Assembly: GCF_009834535.1 (NCBI RefSeq)
Contig: NC_045696.1
Span: 40,488,001-40,552,000, forward strand
Length of the DNA: 64,000 nt
DNA from: Camelus ferus
Lineage: Eukaryota
Reading direction: 5' to 3'
In this document: in pieces, positions 25,601-40,371 of the stretch
Layout of the letters: every line of letters starts with the position of its first letter
How positions within the stretch are numbered: the stretch's first letter is position 1
Program-made: the position numbers and the translations under genes
The notes under the pieces: generated by a model
The model's database searches: none
Told to the model about the DNA's origin: nothing
What the model saw: only the letters and a program-made list of their open reading frames with translations

Positions 25601-27284
25601 TAATTATTTATGGCACTGTAAGCATTAAAACATCAGTAACAGTCATAGAAACCATATTGAAAGGTATACTTAAAATCCTAGCATGCTATGTTTGAAACTG
25701 TTTTCAATATATTGCCAACTTCTGAATCTGTAAGTTCTTTATCTTTTCAGATTATGACATGGACTTAAGAATCTTATCAAATATATTCTCAAGATCCCTC
25801 TGACTGAAGTTTCGTAGCTCAAAGAAAATTTAAGGAGTGGTAAGGGAAGGGAAAGGAATTGTCATTTATTGAGAACCTACTGTGTGGTGATTACGCTCCC
25901 CAGCACTCTACCTTGATGTCTTAAACCTCCTTCCCGTTTTATGAGATTCTGTATCAGGACTAGCCCAATACCCTGCCCAGAATGGGCATTCCACAAACCT
26001 GATAAATGAGGAAAGAAGTGTTTTGGATCCAGCAGGAGAAAGGAATGATGATCATGTATACACTACTTGCACTCATTAACTGTTAGCTTTTGGTTCATTT
26101 TATGTGCCATTTATTTCATATCTGTGGAGGCAAATACATGCACAGGATGCTATGGGATGCTACTTGAGGTGATAGATTTTGGCCTTGTACAATGTAATAC
26201 TGATTAAGTCTTGATCTGGAAACTATTCTTTCTTCCATTTAATCAAGTTTCTTTAATTTCCTTGATCACAAATATTCTTTGCTAGGGAAATTTTCCTCTG
26301 AGGGTGTATTTAATCGTGCAAGTGGGGAAAATGTCAACATGATAGTACTCTGATAGCCTGAGGACTTGAGGAATAAAAACAGCTATGGCCTAACAGTTGC
26401 CTCTTGGCAAAATATAACTTAAAATAGAGCTGATTTCTTTTAAAACATAATCAATTCTAATGAAAACTGATCCATTTGAGTTTTGAAATGCATAGAATCA
26501 ACTTTCAGTTACCATGAATGACTCTTGCCCTAGTGATGCCACAATGTCTATCATAAGATTGCTAATTATCAGTAGACTCAAAATATGAAAATGGCTGAAG
26601 TCTCACTTCACCTCTGAGAGGTGCTCAGTGACTTTTGGTTAAAATCAAACTCTATCCATCCATCCATCCATCCTTCCTTCCTCTGTCTATGGCTATCATT
26701 TGCTAAAACCTTGTGGAACAGATGTCTAACTCTCCTTTCTTTCCTCCTCTCTGCTCAAAACCACACACAGAGACACCCACAGGTACACATTCAGGCTTTT
26801 ACATATGCTAACTAACAACTACAAGAGGAAATGAAGAAAAATGAAATTCAATTTTTAGATCAGGAATGGAAATCTACTTCCCAAGGGCTAAATGTGTGAT
26901 CTTTTTACCCAGTCATGGTGACCTTCAACAACTAATCGCATGTTTTGTGCTTGAGAATTATCATCAGTCATTTATGCCATTATGTTAATAACAGGATGGG
27001 TGGGAGAGGCATTGGCAGCTGATGCATGGCTTTCACATGTACGATATTTAAATTTTTTTATGCTTTTGAGAGGATGAAAAGGCCAGTGAGACAATATGAT
27101 TGAAATTCTTGAAAAAATTTCACCTTTGTTCATAATATTTGCTCACTGGAATGGAACTGAGTAGATCTAAATTGAAGGAAGAGGGATATTCAAAGGGAAT
27201 ACTAATACTATGTGTGTGATGATGATGATTTATAAGTATACAGAAGTTAGGCCTGGTCTGCATCTACTATATTCTTTCAAGAGA

Positions 27285-27840
27285 CGCTCAGCAACTATTT
27301 GCTGAGCACCTTCTGTGTGTATTTATTACTGTGCTGAGTTCACGGTGAGTGGGGCAGAAAGTATAAAGCATGACCATGACCAGATTTTGATTGGTAGATT
27401 GAACAAACACGTGAACAAAAGCCAAAAAACAATAAATATTATATTGGGATGCTGGATTTGGTGAAGTAAGAATTTTTACAAAAATGTCAGTTAGGCTTAG
27501 AAATATCTGGGAGGTCTTCATAATAGAAGATAAAGTTCACCTGGACCTTGAAGGGTGAGTAATTCCAGGAAGGATAGTGGGAGAGCAAAGGGACCCTGGA
27601 TTGACTGGAGTCATTGGCCCATGTTGAGCAGTACTGGGCCTCTGCAGACAGTTGTGCAAGTGGTAGATATTGCAACGCTGGAGGAGAGGGTGGTCACATA
27701 GGGTCGGGCCAGACTATATATGACTCTTAAAATTCAAGCAGTGGGATTTGGGTTTTAATTTAATGTTGTGTAGACAGTAGGGTGCCACTGGCAACTTTTG
27801 AATAGTTGAGTAATAGACTGAAAGCAGTTTTAAGTGAATC
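27285..27840 (-). mobile_element. L2 fragment
   Basis: tcagcaactatttgctgagcaccttctgtgtg (reverse L2 tail) through agggtgccactggcaacttttgaatag. Confidence 0.55.
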
Positions 27841-28499
27841 ATAGCATTGTTAGAAAGTTCCTTTTCACTTGCATATCGAAGTGCAATGTGCATATGAAGT
27901 AGAATTAGGTGTACTTCAACCTTGTTGTATATTCATATGTTAATGCTGCTTTTGGGTACAATCTTTGGACAAGTGAGTGTGTGGAGCAGCTCCTATTGAA
28001 TTTGAAAGGTCTTTTCTGAGAATCAAAATAAAATAGATATATAATGTTTTACTTAAGTAAGAGAATTTCTTTTAATCTTATTAAATATTAGGATGACTGC
28101 TGAAAGAGTGGCTCTCTTGAACTGTTTATTTGACAAGTAATTATGATTTATCAGAGAGTCTCCTCAGAGAAAATGTTGGTAGCTGGGGAGAGCTCTCCCA
28201 AGGCTTATATTACAAACACACAAAACTCAATCTGAATGACTGACTAACTGAGTGAATAAATGAATTGGTTTGTTTGCTTGCTTGTTGGTTTATTTTGATG
28301 ATGTTTGGTGATGTCCCATCCATTGCTGAAAATGGAGGGAGGCTCTTTATGTTTTAGCTACTTAGCTATCAGCAAGGAGTTGTGGAAGGTAAAGTTGAGA
28401 AGAGAACCTTCTCCGAATGCTTTTTGTTGAAACAGACACTATCTTCACCTTTTCATCTTCCAGGGAAAGAAATTCCATGATTGGCTTCATTGTGTTAGT

Positions 28500-31100
28500 T
28501 TTAATAGTTCATAAATTTCATTACAAAAAATAGCTCTGCTAAGAACTTTAATTTGTTTCCTTTCTTCCTATGATCTTACTGGGCTTTTGTCTTTCTCTTT
28601 GGTTTGTGAGTTATTTAAAGTTGTGCTTCTTAATTTTTAAACATGTATTTTGGGGTGGGGGAGAGAGCTTTTGTCACTGATTACATTATAGTCAGAAAAT
28701 ATGGCCCGTCATCTTCCTTTTGAAGTTTATTAAGATTTGCTTTATGGTCCCACTGTGTGGTTAGTGTTTGTACAAGTTCCCTATCAGCTTAAAGAGAATG
28801 TATATTCTGTAGGAGTTAAGAATAGCATTTTCTATACAAATAAAGCTTGCTTATTGTGCTGTTAAAAATATTCCATAACCTTGTTGATTTTTGTCTGCTT
28901 GATTTATTAATGACTAAGAGAGGTATGTTGGAGTCTTTCACTGTGATGGTGGATTAGTCTGTCCTTGTGTTTCTGTCAATTTTTGCTTTACTTATTTGAG
29001 ACCAAATTTTTATGTGCATATAACTATTCCTAGGAAATGGAGTCTCTTCACATTATATAATGACTCTTTATAGATGCTTTCTACCTTAAAGTCTCTTTTG
29101 TCTCATACTAACAGTAGTTTCTCTTGGTTAGTGGTTGCCTGATAATGTCCAACCTTTTACTTTCAGTTTTGTTATATTCTTAATGTTTCAGTGAGTCACA
29201 AACAGCATGTAGTTGGGAATTATTCTTCTTAGAATTGTTTTAATCTAGTCTGACAATCTTTGTCTTTTAACATGAACGTTTAGTCTGTATTACAGTGATT
29301 ACTGATGTATTTGGATTTTATTTTGTCATCTTATTTGATGGTTCTGTTTTTTACCACTTTTTTGCTGCTGTTTGGATTTTATTTTTATTCATTTTCTCCC
29401 TCTCTACTTGGGAAGTTAGACACTATGCCTATCCTATTAGGAATTAATTAGCCTCTAAATTCTTACAAGTTAAATGATCAGAGTCTAAAGCTAATCAGTA
29501 TTTTAATCCTCCAAAAACTTTAAGGACCTCAGAACACTTTAACTCTGAGCATACCCTCCCAATTTATATGTTATTGTTGAAATATATTTTAGTTCTTTTT
29601 TAAATACCACAAAATATTATCATCACCTATTGTTGTTCTTTTAATCAATGTTGGTTTAGATGTACCAATGCGCTTACCACTTTCTTTGCTCATTATTTGT
29701 TCTTTTTTCCAGACTTCCATCTGGGATCACTTTCCTTCAGTCTAAATACATACTTTTGAAGTTCCTTTAGTTGAAATCTGCTTTTTGCACAGCACATTCT
29801 CTCTTTTTATTTATCTGAATTTGTCTTTTTTTTAACCTTTGTTCTTAGGAAGATTTTTACTGCTTATAGACCTATAAGTTGGCACCATTTCTGTCAGCAC
29901 ATTAAAGTTATTATCCCACTGACTTCTGGCTTCCCATGTTACTGTTGAAAAGTCAGTCAGCAGTCTAATTGTCATGCCTTTTCTCTCTGGCTACTTTTAT
30001 GATTTTCCCTTTGTCTTTGCTATTCTGTCATTTCATTATGATATAGTAAGTATAGGCTTCTTTATTTTATCTTTTATGGGTTTCACTGAGATTCCTTTAT
30101 ATGTGAATCAGTGTCTTTCCTCAGTTCTAGAAAATTTTCAGCTGCTGTTAACTTGTCAAATATGGCTTCTGAATAACTTTTTCTCTCCTTACCTTTTAAA
30201 ACTTAGACATTTGTTAGACCTTCTTAGTCTGTTCTTCATATCCCTTAACTTCTCTTTCACTTGTTCCATAACTTTAGCTCTTCAGGCTACATTTTATTAT
30301 TTCTTCAGAGTTTTCTTCCTGTTCACTAATTCTCATTGCTGGTCTATAGTTACAGTTTTCATTTCCAAAAATGTTTTCCCCTAATTTGTTTGACATTTTA
30401 TAGTCTGTTACTCTTTTAACTAGAAATTTCAGTCTCCTTTTTTATCTTTAACTTACTAAATATGTTTTACGTGCTGTCTGGTGATTTATCTGAGGTCTTT
30501 AAATATCAGCAGTTCTATTTCTGATTTCTCTGGCTTTCAATCATTGTGCTTTATTTTCTAGTTTGTTTTTGGATTTTTTAAATATGAACTCATACATCTT
30601 AGAACTTTATATGTGAGAGTTCTTTGAATGCTGGGTTGAAGGTGGCTTTCTTGAGAGAGAATTTGCATTTGTTTTTGCCAATTGCACCAGCGGTATTTTC
30701 AGCCTAGAGTCTTTAGGCCCAGGGTTTTTTGGGTTTTTTTGTTTTGCTTTTGGATCACTCAGGTAGTATAAATTTGGGCTGCAGATTCTCATGTTAGGTA
30801 GCTTATTATTAAAAATTCTCAGTGGAGTTTATCTCTCTCTTTACTTCCAAAGCCATAGTTCAAAGAAAGCAGTTTTCCTTACAGTTCCTGGAGGTTGGTT
30901 TTGTTTCTGAGTCACCATTACATTGATGGTTTAGCTCTTGGCAGTCCCAGCTTTATGTGGGACTGGGAGGACCCTGGGTTTTGTGCTCTGTTCTCTGCCC
31001 TGTGTTGCCATGAAAACTAAAATTTAAGTTCACAGAGTTCAGAAAATGCTCTCAAAGCAAAAACCAGCTTGGGTTCTTTGTGTACCATGCTATACTTCTG
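28500..31100 (-). mobile_element. Ancient L1 (L1M/L1ME-type), antisense, endonuclease to ORF1/5' region, heavily decayed
   Basis: T-rich block with gagaatgtatattctg, gagaggtatgttggagtctttcactgtgatggtggatt, ctagtctgacaatctttgtcttttaa and cttccatctgggatcactttcctt. Confidence 0.75.
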
Positions 31101-34100
31101 ATTTAGAAAAAGTTCGTGTAGTAAGCTTACTTATTTCCTATCTTCTCAGAGTTTCCCTTACTCTTAATTCACTATCATTCATTTATCCTTAAAAATAGAA
31201 TAGAAACAAAATAGTAACAAAATTGAAGAAATTCTATGAAGGAAATGTTATTGAGGTTCTGCTGGCAGTGTTTTCTGATTTTGCTAAAGCCTAAACTTTC
31301 TTATTGGGAAAAACAAGTCACCTGCCTAAGGCTATTTATTGGGGTGTTACCATATTTTATTGCAAGATCATTGCTTTTTGGATATAGTTTGGTAACATAA
31401 TTTGTTTAAAATGTCATAGAAACCATTATTTCTGTTTGCATATTCATTATTTTTCTTCAATGGTTAATAAATGTGAGTGCATGCATGTGTGTGTTTGTTA
31501 CAGTAGCTGCTTGTGTGTGTGTGTGTGCCCACACACATGGGTGTTTTCCTTATCACTGTATTGCACTTGCTTTATCCTCAACTAGGAGTTAATTGGGGGA
31601 ATGAGATCCTGAGGATGCTTTTCTAGAGCGATGACTTGAAGTCCTTAACAATTGGGTGAATAGGTTAGCAGCCCTAATCCCAAATCAGGTCTTTGTGTTT
31701 TGTGACCTTGGTCAGCCTTCACACAACAAAGCCTAGAAGCTGTTCCCAAAGAAGCCAAGTGGGTGGGATGTGCAGTGGTGACTGTGGACTAGTAATGGCA
31801 ATGCCTTGTTTAGATGAATGCAGCATGCTCTGTGTCTGTTCTCTCAAGGTGTTCCTATGAGGAAATCTGGGGACTCTCAGGACACATCCTTCTGCTGTCA
31901 GGTATCTTCATCTCCAGTAACAATATTTTTAGAATCTAGGTATTTTTGAATGGTACGCCCCAAAATATTGTCCATTTTGTAGAATCTCTACAACTCTTTA
32001 TGCTCTATAGATAGCTTTATACTTCTATTAAAATAGAAATCGAGCTCCATGCTAATTGAGAATTATTTTTGTTTACCAATATCCCTTATAGAATACATAG
32101 ATTTTTGAAAATCTAGTTAGATTTTACCACCCACCCCAAAGTCATTTTGAAGGTAAAAAATCTGATTTCCTCTTTGCTGAATCCACAAATGTTTCTATCA
32201 GTTTCCTTGTAGTTTTCTTTGTATTCAAGTTGGGTGACTAGACAGTCAATGTTCATTTATTAAGTACTTTCTATGTTAAGTGAGACAAATCTGAGGGGAA
32301 GAAAGCCATTTAACATAGAACCAGCATATAATAGGCTCCAAAAAACTGTAGTTCCTTTCCTCTGTGCTATTACATCTAAAGTTTTGTGCTATATGGTGGA
32401 AAATAAGACAAATCCCTTGCTATATAAGCACAATATATTTTATTCTTGCTTCAGGGAATTACAGCTAGGAGTTGATTGGAAAAGTATTAATATGGAGGAG
32501 GAGATAGAATAGTTAAAAGCTAAGTGAGTTACACAAGATGTATAAATAAAGTGCCCTTTCCATGCAGAGGAAGAAGTTATGCATCTGGAAAGGTTTAAGA
32601 GAAGGTGGCACTTAGGAGTGCTGGTAAAATTCCACCTCATTTGCTCCTTTGCTGTGGGCACCTAAGAGGTACAGTCACTAAGGAGGAGCTGGTCTGGTAC
32701 CAGGTCTGGCCCCAAATGGGGCTCAGGGGCAGATTTACTATCCACATTCCTCTTGTGTGCTGGTGCTGTTCTCTTCCCATGAAGAACTGTTTCTTATTTC
32801 TATGTTTTTTTATGCACTTAAAGACTGTGTTGCTTAAGGTTTCTTTTGCTCATGGAAGAATAATGGAATAATGCTGAATTAATATAGATTTTAGGGCAAT
32901 TTGGATTCTCATAGCAAGGAGGAAAGTGAATACTTTAATGTTCAAAATGTAGGAATTTCCCCATCTTGTAAAAGGATTGTTTGAAAGGTTCATTTGTAAA
33001 ATATTTCCCCATAGCAACACAGTTATTAAGGAGAGAACTGATTGCCAGAGTAGCACAATGAGACAGACATACTAAACCCATAATAAAGCTAAAAACCTGT
33101 ATTTAGGTAACTGCGACAGTATGGTGATGTTGTAGCACAATAATACCATAGCTCACAAGATTTATATGTAATGTGATTATTACAGCATGTAGTAGAGAAC
33201 AATATTCTTGCAAATGTATGGAATTTAAACTATATTTCAGGTCAGCTAGCTTTCTGTGGACTAGCCGGGAGCCTATGTTTTACATAAAACATGATATTTA
33301 TTAGTAAATGTGTTCCAGGTTCCCACTTTGGATTCCGGGTGAATACCTCCCTGCCATATCCATGGCAGCCTCTGGCCAACTAGCCTGAGGAAAATCAAGT
33401 AGCTCTGGAAATACTCTTGCTCTCCAGGTGTCATCTTCTTGAGCAGAATGTAGGTTGGCTTTATAGAGAGGGAACATTCACAAGTCAGGTGTATAACCCA
33501 GAGAATGCATGTATGTATTTTATGTGACCAGGAGAGTTAAGCACAATATATTTTAATCTTAGCTCTCCCAGGTTCAAGCGTGACAGCATGTTCTTTTAAG
33601 CAACTTGCAGTCACCCATGTTCATGACTGGAAAAGCTGAAAACATCTCCCTTTAAAGGATGAATCATAATTCAACTAGCTTTACAGTTGGCTTCATAGAT
33701 TTAGTGGGCTGTCACTCAGCAGGACTGGTTGTTTTTGTTTGTTTGTTTGTTTTGTTTTTACCATATCCCATAACATATGAATGGTCATATTTGTGGGTTC
33801 TTCAAGGTACTGTATTTCCTTTCTGCTCATGGACAAGAGCTTACGTTTTTTGCCTCCTTTTCCAGAAGAGGCCAAGTTCCTGGCCAGATGTCTACCAGAT
33901 ATAGTTTAAGGAACTTAGTTCAACAGTAACGTAACTATTAATCCATGGCAATGTTTCTTGACATATAGATTGGTTTCACTAAGCCATAACAGGATAATCA
34001 ATACAGACTGAAATAGAATTCATTTCTTGTTACTGTACTTATGACAGCAGACTTCTCCACTTTCTCTCCATAAATTACCTGTCATCTTTAGTGGAAAACT

Positions 34101-35837
34101 CCTTCCTCTTAACTAATCTCCATGGTGTTTTCTCCTCTTGACTCAGGACAATCAATTGCCTAGCAACCTGAACCCATGGAACAGGTGCCTTATTAAAAGA
34201 CTGTGGTTAAATGTTGGGTAAACTCTAACAGTGATTACTACAAAAGAAAAGAATGTTGATAGTTGATGAGAGTTTGACAAAGGAGCCCCTCACCTATGTT
34301 TGATCGGGCCCTAAGCTGTAAAGATAGGCTTTCTGTAAAGGAGGCATGCAGCTCAGTGGAAGAGAGAACCATTTGCTTCTACAGGGAATTGCTGTGCTTC
34401 CATATTCTAAAGTATGAGTCATGGATGTCTTTATGATTACACATCCCTCCTAGCGTATGAGGAATAAACTTTAGAGAAAGGGAGGTTAAGAGAAAACAGA
34501 AGTGTGAATAACTATTAATGGTGCTGTCTCTGGCTCCGTTCCGTCTGCCATTTCATCTTACATAAAGGGGGTAGTTCAGAGATTCCTTTCCTGGCAAATA
34601 AGTGGCAACATATGTTTGAAACAGTGAATGGAAACTATAGGGAGAAAATGACGGGCATATGGCATTAGGAAGGCAAGGGAAATTTTGTTGCCTTAATGTT
34701 AGCTGCATAATTGATGTGCTTTTCCATAGAGGGGCTGTTTTACTTTAAGAAGTCTACATGCTCCATTAGTAAATTATTTCTGTGTATTTGTTTTTGTTTT
34801 GTTTTGTTTTTTCATGAATGGCCATCACCTTAAGCCATTCTTAATCCATATAGAGGTCTTGAGAGAAAGGTTCCCAAAGGGGAAAGACAAAACCTAGTCA
34901 GGAAATAGGACCTTTATTAAAGTAGCAAAAATGAAAAGTGGGGAAGCATTTAGGAATAGTCACTTCCAAGGACTGAGAATAGAAGAATGGGCCCTGAATT
35001 ACTGTCTTCAGAATTACTGCTCTTCTTTTAAATGATAATTCTACAGTGACAGTGTTTAGGATTTATTTGTTGCCATAGCAACTAAACCTTTGCTCAATAG
35101 TTTAAGATTTCACAAGTTACTTTAAAGGGCAAGCGTTTGTTTTTGTTTCACAAACTATGCATTAATTAATATTTACCTTCTAATAAGCTGAAAGCACAAT
35201 GATTTACTTTGAAAAAATAAATTTTCTTAACTTTAAAAAAATCAGTGTATGCTAAGGGTGCTAAAACCCATTTCCAGATGTATGTCATACATGGCTAACA
35301 AACAGGAAATGTGTTTTAAGTCTCTAAAATTTGATTACCGTCTTGTTATAGTAAAGTACTTGAGAGAAACATAATTTGTTTCTCAGAACAATTTTGTTTT
35401 GTTTTGATTGTTCAGAAATGATCATGGCAAAGAATATTATCAGCCTTTATGTTTCTAAGATTTAATTAGCTAAGAAGACTTTAGTTGTTCAGGTTGTGGG
35501 GAAGAAATCCTTGGTGTTATTATTGATTTGTGCCTTGACAATGAATAATACTAGCGTGAACAAAGAACTTAATAGTATATATATAACACTGTAAATATGA
35601 TTTAAACGTGTCTCAATACTGTAGAACCTGATTATTCTGTACCTTCTCTTCCAATATCCTGCTTTATTATGATTGGCATCAGTGGTATGATTTTTTTTAT
35701 GTCTGGTCTCATGCTTTAAAAATAGATACCTAAGTAGGTAATATAAACAGAATGTTATGCTTGTAGTCAGAAGTTTCTGTATATATTTACATGTATAATA
35801 AAGCAGGACATGGTAGAAAGAAGACATGACTGTTTTA

Positions 35838-36137
35838 TAGCCTGCCTGCTACCAATTTTTGTACCACCCACAAGCTAAGAATGGTTTTGTATTTTTAAAT
35901 AATTGGAAAATACCAAAATAAGAATAATATTCCATGATACGTGAACATTATGAAATTCAAATTTTAATGTCCATAAAGTTTATTGGAACATAGCCACATC
36001 AATTTATTTATATATTACTGGCTGTTTTCCTGCCATAACAGGAAAATTGAGTAGTGGCAACAAGATCCTCTGGCCTACAAAGCCTAAAATGTTTACTACC
36101 TGGTCCTTTACAAAAAGAAAAAGTTTTCTGACCATTG
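35838..36137. mobile_element. MER58B (hAT-Charlie)
   Basis: cacaagctaagaatggtttt...tatgaaattcaaattttaatgtccataaagtttattggaacatagccac...caaagcctaaaatgtttactacctggtcctttaca. Confidence 0.88.
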
Positions 36138-38199
36138 TTCTATGTCTTTGGAAATATATACAATTCAAAACAAAGCAAAAAAGTGGGTAACTGAAAGTTT
36201 GCCTTTCTATATATCTTAACTAATTTGTATTTATTTGCCTGACATCAAAGTTTTAATTTTCTGTACTAGTTCTTTTTTTAGATCTTGTATTGTGTATATT
36301 CTCTGAAGATTTATTAATCCATTATTGCCAAGAGAATGGGTGTCTTTTGGTGGAGTACTGAGGTGAGGTGTATTTGAGGAGAAATCTGGAATAGTGAAAG
36401 TACAAAACAAAAAGTTTTGTTTCTGAGACTAATGGAAGGCAATGAGGTTCTGAACTGGTTATATTTAGTTTTTAATTTTTCTCTCATACCACTTTCTCTT
36501 ATTTTACCTTGCCCAGAAAGAGGGATGTCCAGGATGAGTGATGGACATTATAGGGGATTCTCTAAGAGATAACCTGTATAGTGTGTCAGAGCTTTCTGCT
36601 TAAGTGTACCTGGCAAACAAACCACCATGGAAGTATCTAGTGCTCATGACAAAATGAAGTTTTCCTTGAGTTTAATCACTGTGAATAATTGGGGACTGAC
36701 AGTATTAATAAGGTATCCTACCTCCAATTTGGATTCCTCATACTAATATTATATTTATTATTCTAACACTAGTTTTTTATTCCTTGAATTAGCCATCAAA
36801 ATATATTTCTAAATAGGCTTAATCTAACTTATCAGACTCTCAGAAAGGAAGGAAACATTCAAAAGAATCCATCATTTAAATATTGCTTATCTGAGAGTTT
36901 AAATGTGATACATTATTATTTTTGTTGCATATTTTGACATTTTTAAAAGGTCATTAGAGAAAGAAGATATGTTTCTATGTTGTAGTTAGCATTATTTTTA
37001 GAGGTTATGTCGTGAGTATATGGAATGACAGATATTTCAAATAAACTGTTTTTACATAGGATTATACAATGCCCGGGGGTTATGTTTGCTCTGATTCTGT
37101 ACATCCAGTCCCATCCTTTTCAAAATCTTTTCCTTTAAAAATAGAGGCATAGGATGATCAGCTAAACAAAATTTTTCCTCCATAGTGACAGTTTTCTAAC
37201 AGGTCGACTTTTGACATGCATACACTCACACATAAACACATACATGCTTTTTTCACTTCGTCCTGGTAGTTTTGTTTTGTTTTAATGTGACTTTATAACT
37301 TTATTACACAAGAATGTCAGAATAAGGTACAATTAAATGAGATATATTCCATGAACACTGAGTCTGAAGCTTTCATAGAAGTTTAGGTACCTTTCAGGCT
37401 ATTCTATTATTAGATGATTATTAATATTAATACTAATCAGATTTTTGTTGGTATTTCAAATTACCTGAGAAAGGCTGAATACACATAGAGAAAATGTAAT
37501 CAGTCCTTTTTATTTAGGGCCTTAGAAATAGCTACAATAGATTTGCTTTGATTATATTAGAGATTTTACATGTGCATTTATTTAGAGACAAACTAGGAAC
37601 TTCTTTCTTTTCATCTAAAAATATCTGTTTAGAGAAAGTAGTTCCTGGTGTTTGTTGATGTTTATTTTGTATCGTATAAAAAGTCTGTTCAATTTTACTT
37701 AGAACAGGACATTTGGTTACAGTTTTCAAAAGCAAGTCATTGGTTTCCAATACCAAGTTATTATACTTTGCAGGTGTTCTGTTGATTTCTTACCATGATA
37801 CATCCTTTTAGCCTTAAGGAACATTACAAACACACTGCTGTTAAAAGTAGAAATCACATATTTTAAGATCACGTAGGAAATATTCCACCTAATTCTTTCA
37901 ACAAAGAAGTTCTCCATGAATTATATTGACTATATAATTAAAATAATGAAAAGTTATTGTATATAAAGGTTTTCGGTTTTTTTGAAATCTGTGTGGTAGC
38001 TGTTTTGATTACTGCTGTTCCTTTTTTTCTAGCAGTTTCCCTTTTGTGTTCTCCAACAAAATATTTCTAAGATAAAGTGTGAGGAATGTCATGTAAGATG
38101 CACTGTTTCTGAAATTATTATGATGGGCATTTTGGACTCCCACCTGCATTTTGACTGTGACTCCACCATAGTCTACCTTCAGGGCATTTTTCCTCAATG

Positions 38200-38425
38200 C
38201 CCAAGGATGATGAGCAAGGCTCTGGAGCCAGACTCCCTGTATTTGATCATAAGTTCTCCATTTATTGCTTGTGTAACCTCTCTGTGCATCTGTTTCCTCA
38301 TTTATAAAATGGGGATAGTGAGAGTACCTTCCTCATATGGTTGTTATGAGTATGAGTTATGGCCTTTAAGTGCTTAGGGTAGCACCTATATACATGGTAG
38401 GTATTCCAACCAGTTAGCTCTTATT
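38200..38425 (+). mobile_element. MIR SINE
   Basis: ggctctggagccagac...tgtttcctcatttataaaatggggatagtgagagtaccttcctcatatggttgtt. Confidence 0.85.
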
Positions 38426-38794
38426 ATACATTCCTAAGATGGCATCTGTGGTGTTCTGGTTGTATGGGATCTGGTTGTCTGGTTGAAACCCTATTAATTC
38501 TAAGGTCAGAACCAACTTGGCAGTATTTTAGGATGAAATAAATATAAATATTCATGAAAGCTTTTTGAAAAGTTATAAGGTAATACATCTCGAACAGTGT
38601 TTGGCACATGGTTAATGCTCAGAAATACTTACAGAATTAATTAAAAATTGAAAATATTATACACATAAAATGGTGATGTCATTCTTAAAATTCATAGTTG
38701 CCAAATTCTGGAAATCAAAGCCATCTAACTGTTTCAGGTTTAGGAGAGATTATTCAGCTCTCATCTATGTTAATGAGGTATGAACAACAAAGAT

Positions 38795-39020
38795 GGTGAT
38801 AATGAGAATAATCATAACAGCTAATACATACCTGGTGCTTACTCTGTGTAAAACACTATTCTAAACACTTAATATTTACATAGATTAATTTGTTTAATCT
38901 TTATAGCAACCTGTAAGATGGTACTACTATTATTCCCATTGAATAAATGAAGAAACTGAGTGAGAGATTATAAATAACCAGGATTCAATCCAGGGAGTTT
39001 GGCTCCAGAGTGTGCTTTTA
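38795..39020 (-). mobile_element. MIR SINE
   Basis: ggtactactattattcccatt...atgaagaaactgag...ccaggattcaatccagggagtttggctccagag. Confidence 0.85.
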
Positions 39021-39170
39021 ACTGTTATAAATAAGCTATAATTTCATAACAGTTATTTAGTCCAACCTTTTTTCCCTTGTTTCATGTTCGTCGGAACAAC
39101 ATAAATTTAGTACCAAAGGTGCTGATCATTGCCTAACCCTGCATCTTTCTGCTCTCCCATGTAAGTAAAG

Positions 39171-39335
39171 CACTGATACTCAAATTGGGCTGCACATTAG
39201 AATTACCTGTGTGCTTTCAACACAGTTGATGCTTAGGTCTTAGAGATTCTAACTTAATTGTTGCACCCTGGGCATTGGGATTTTTAAAAGCTCCTCTAGT
39301 GAGTCTAATATCTAGCACAGTTTTAAGCCCATTGG
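39171..39335. mobile_element. MER5-family (MER5B-like) hAT-Charlie element
   Basis: ctcaaattgggctgcacattagaattacctg...cctgggcattgggatttttaaaagctcctctagtgagtctaat. Confidence 0.75.
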
Positions 39336-40267
39336 TCTAAAGGAAGATGAAATTTGTCTAGGACCTAGACCGTGTCTGAGAGGGGCAGGGTATTGGAACA
39401 GTAAGATCTGGACCTTGCAGTATCCAGAAGTTGAAACTCAAGCCAGTCTGCATTGCTTCTTGTTGAGAATTCCTTCCTTTGTATGCAAGGAAGAGTGCAT
39501 GGAAATACTAGGTGACAATGGATTTGGAATTTACCCAGGGATTACATTGTATATACTATTCTTTTAACTTGTATTAAAAAGCTCAAGTAAGCTTTAGCAT
39601 TGCTTTAGTCATAGGGCCTTACATGGCCATTGAAAATGCTCAGGAAACATTTGGAAAAAACAAAATGGCTATAAGCGGGACTAGGATAGTGCCTTCCTGT
39701 AGGGTTACCAGCTTATTGCTACAATAAGAAGAGTAGACTGACTTTGCTAAAATGTTTAGGAAAATTGATATTTATTTCAAATGTTTATGGTTTATCATCT
39801 CAGAAGATTAATGCCAAATCCTCAAAAATGTAGTGACGAGCGATGACTCATTTTAGCTCATGTCAAAACAATGCGCTTTTGTAATTTTCCTCTCCCTGGA
39901 GAAGCTATTAAACACTAAACACAAATGCCTCAGAATGAAACTGATTGAGTGTTTTAAATTATGTACTTTTGTTTGGCTATTAGCCAGATGTTCTTTGGGA
40001 AAGCTTACTGTACATGAAGAACTGAGATTTGCACTTACAATGATACTACATGGTTTATGCTGCTTAAATATCAGCGATGTGTATTCCAAAGCTAAATGGT
40101 TAAGCAAAGCTGAGTCTTTTTGCATAAACAGTTTGTGTCACTCCACTCTCAGCCAAGTAATTTTTTTCTTTGTTAAACTCTGGACAGGATATACCTAATG
40201 GATAAGGTATTTTCCTCTACATTATCTTATTGGTAAATAGCACAGATTCCAAAAAGCATAAGAATAT

Positions 40268-40326
40268 TTATATATGTCTGTATGTGTATGTATGTATGTG
40301 TGTGTGTCTGTGTGTATATATATGTA

Positions 40327-40361
<35 letters not shown>

Positions 40362-40371
40362 TTATTTATTT
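40268..40371 (+). repeat. Compound (TA)/(TATG)/(TG) microsatellite
   Basis: Read directly. Confidence 0.95.

Noticed and set aside
29974..30384. 136-aa hydrophobic ORF that looks membrane-like
   Set aside because: It is the T-rich antisense strand of a decayed L1, which yields Phe/Leu-rich pseudo-ORFs.
12516..37436. Short inverted repeats (cagtgatt/aatcactg ~12516, gagaaaca/tgtttctc ~35364, tattaatattaata ~37419)
   Set aside because: Stems of 7-8 bp are expected by chance in AT-rich DNA.
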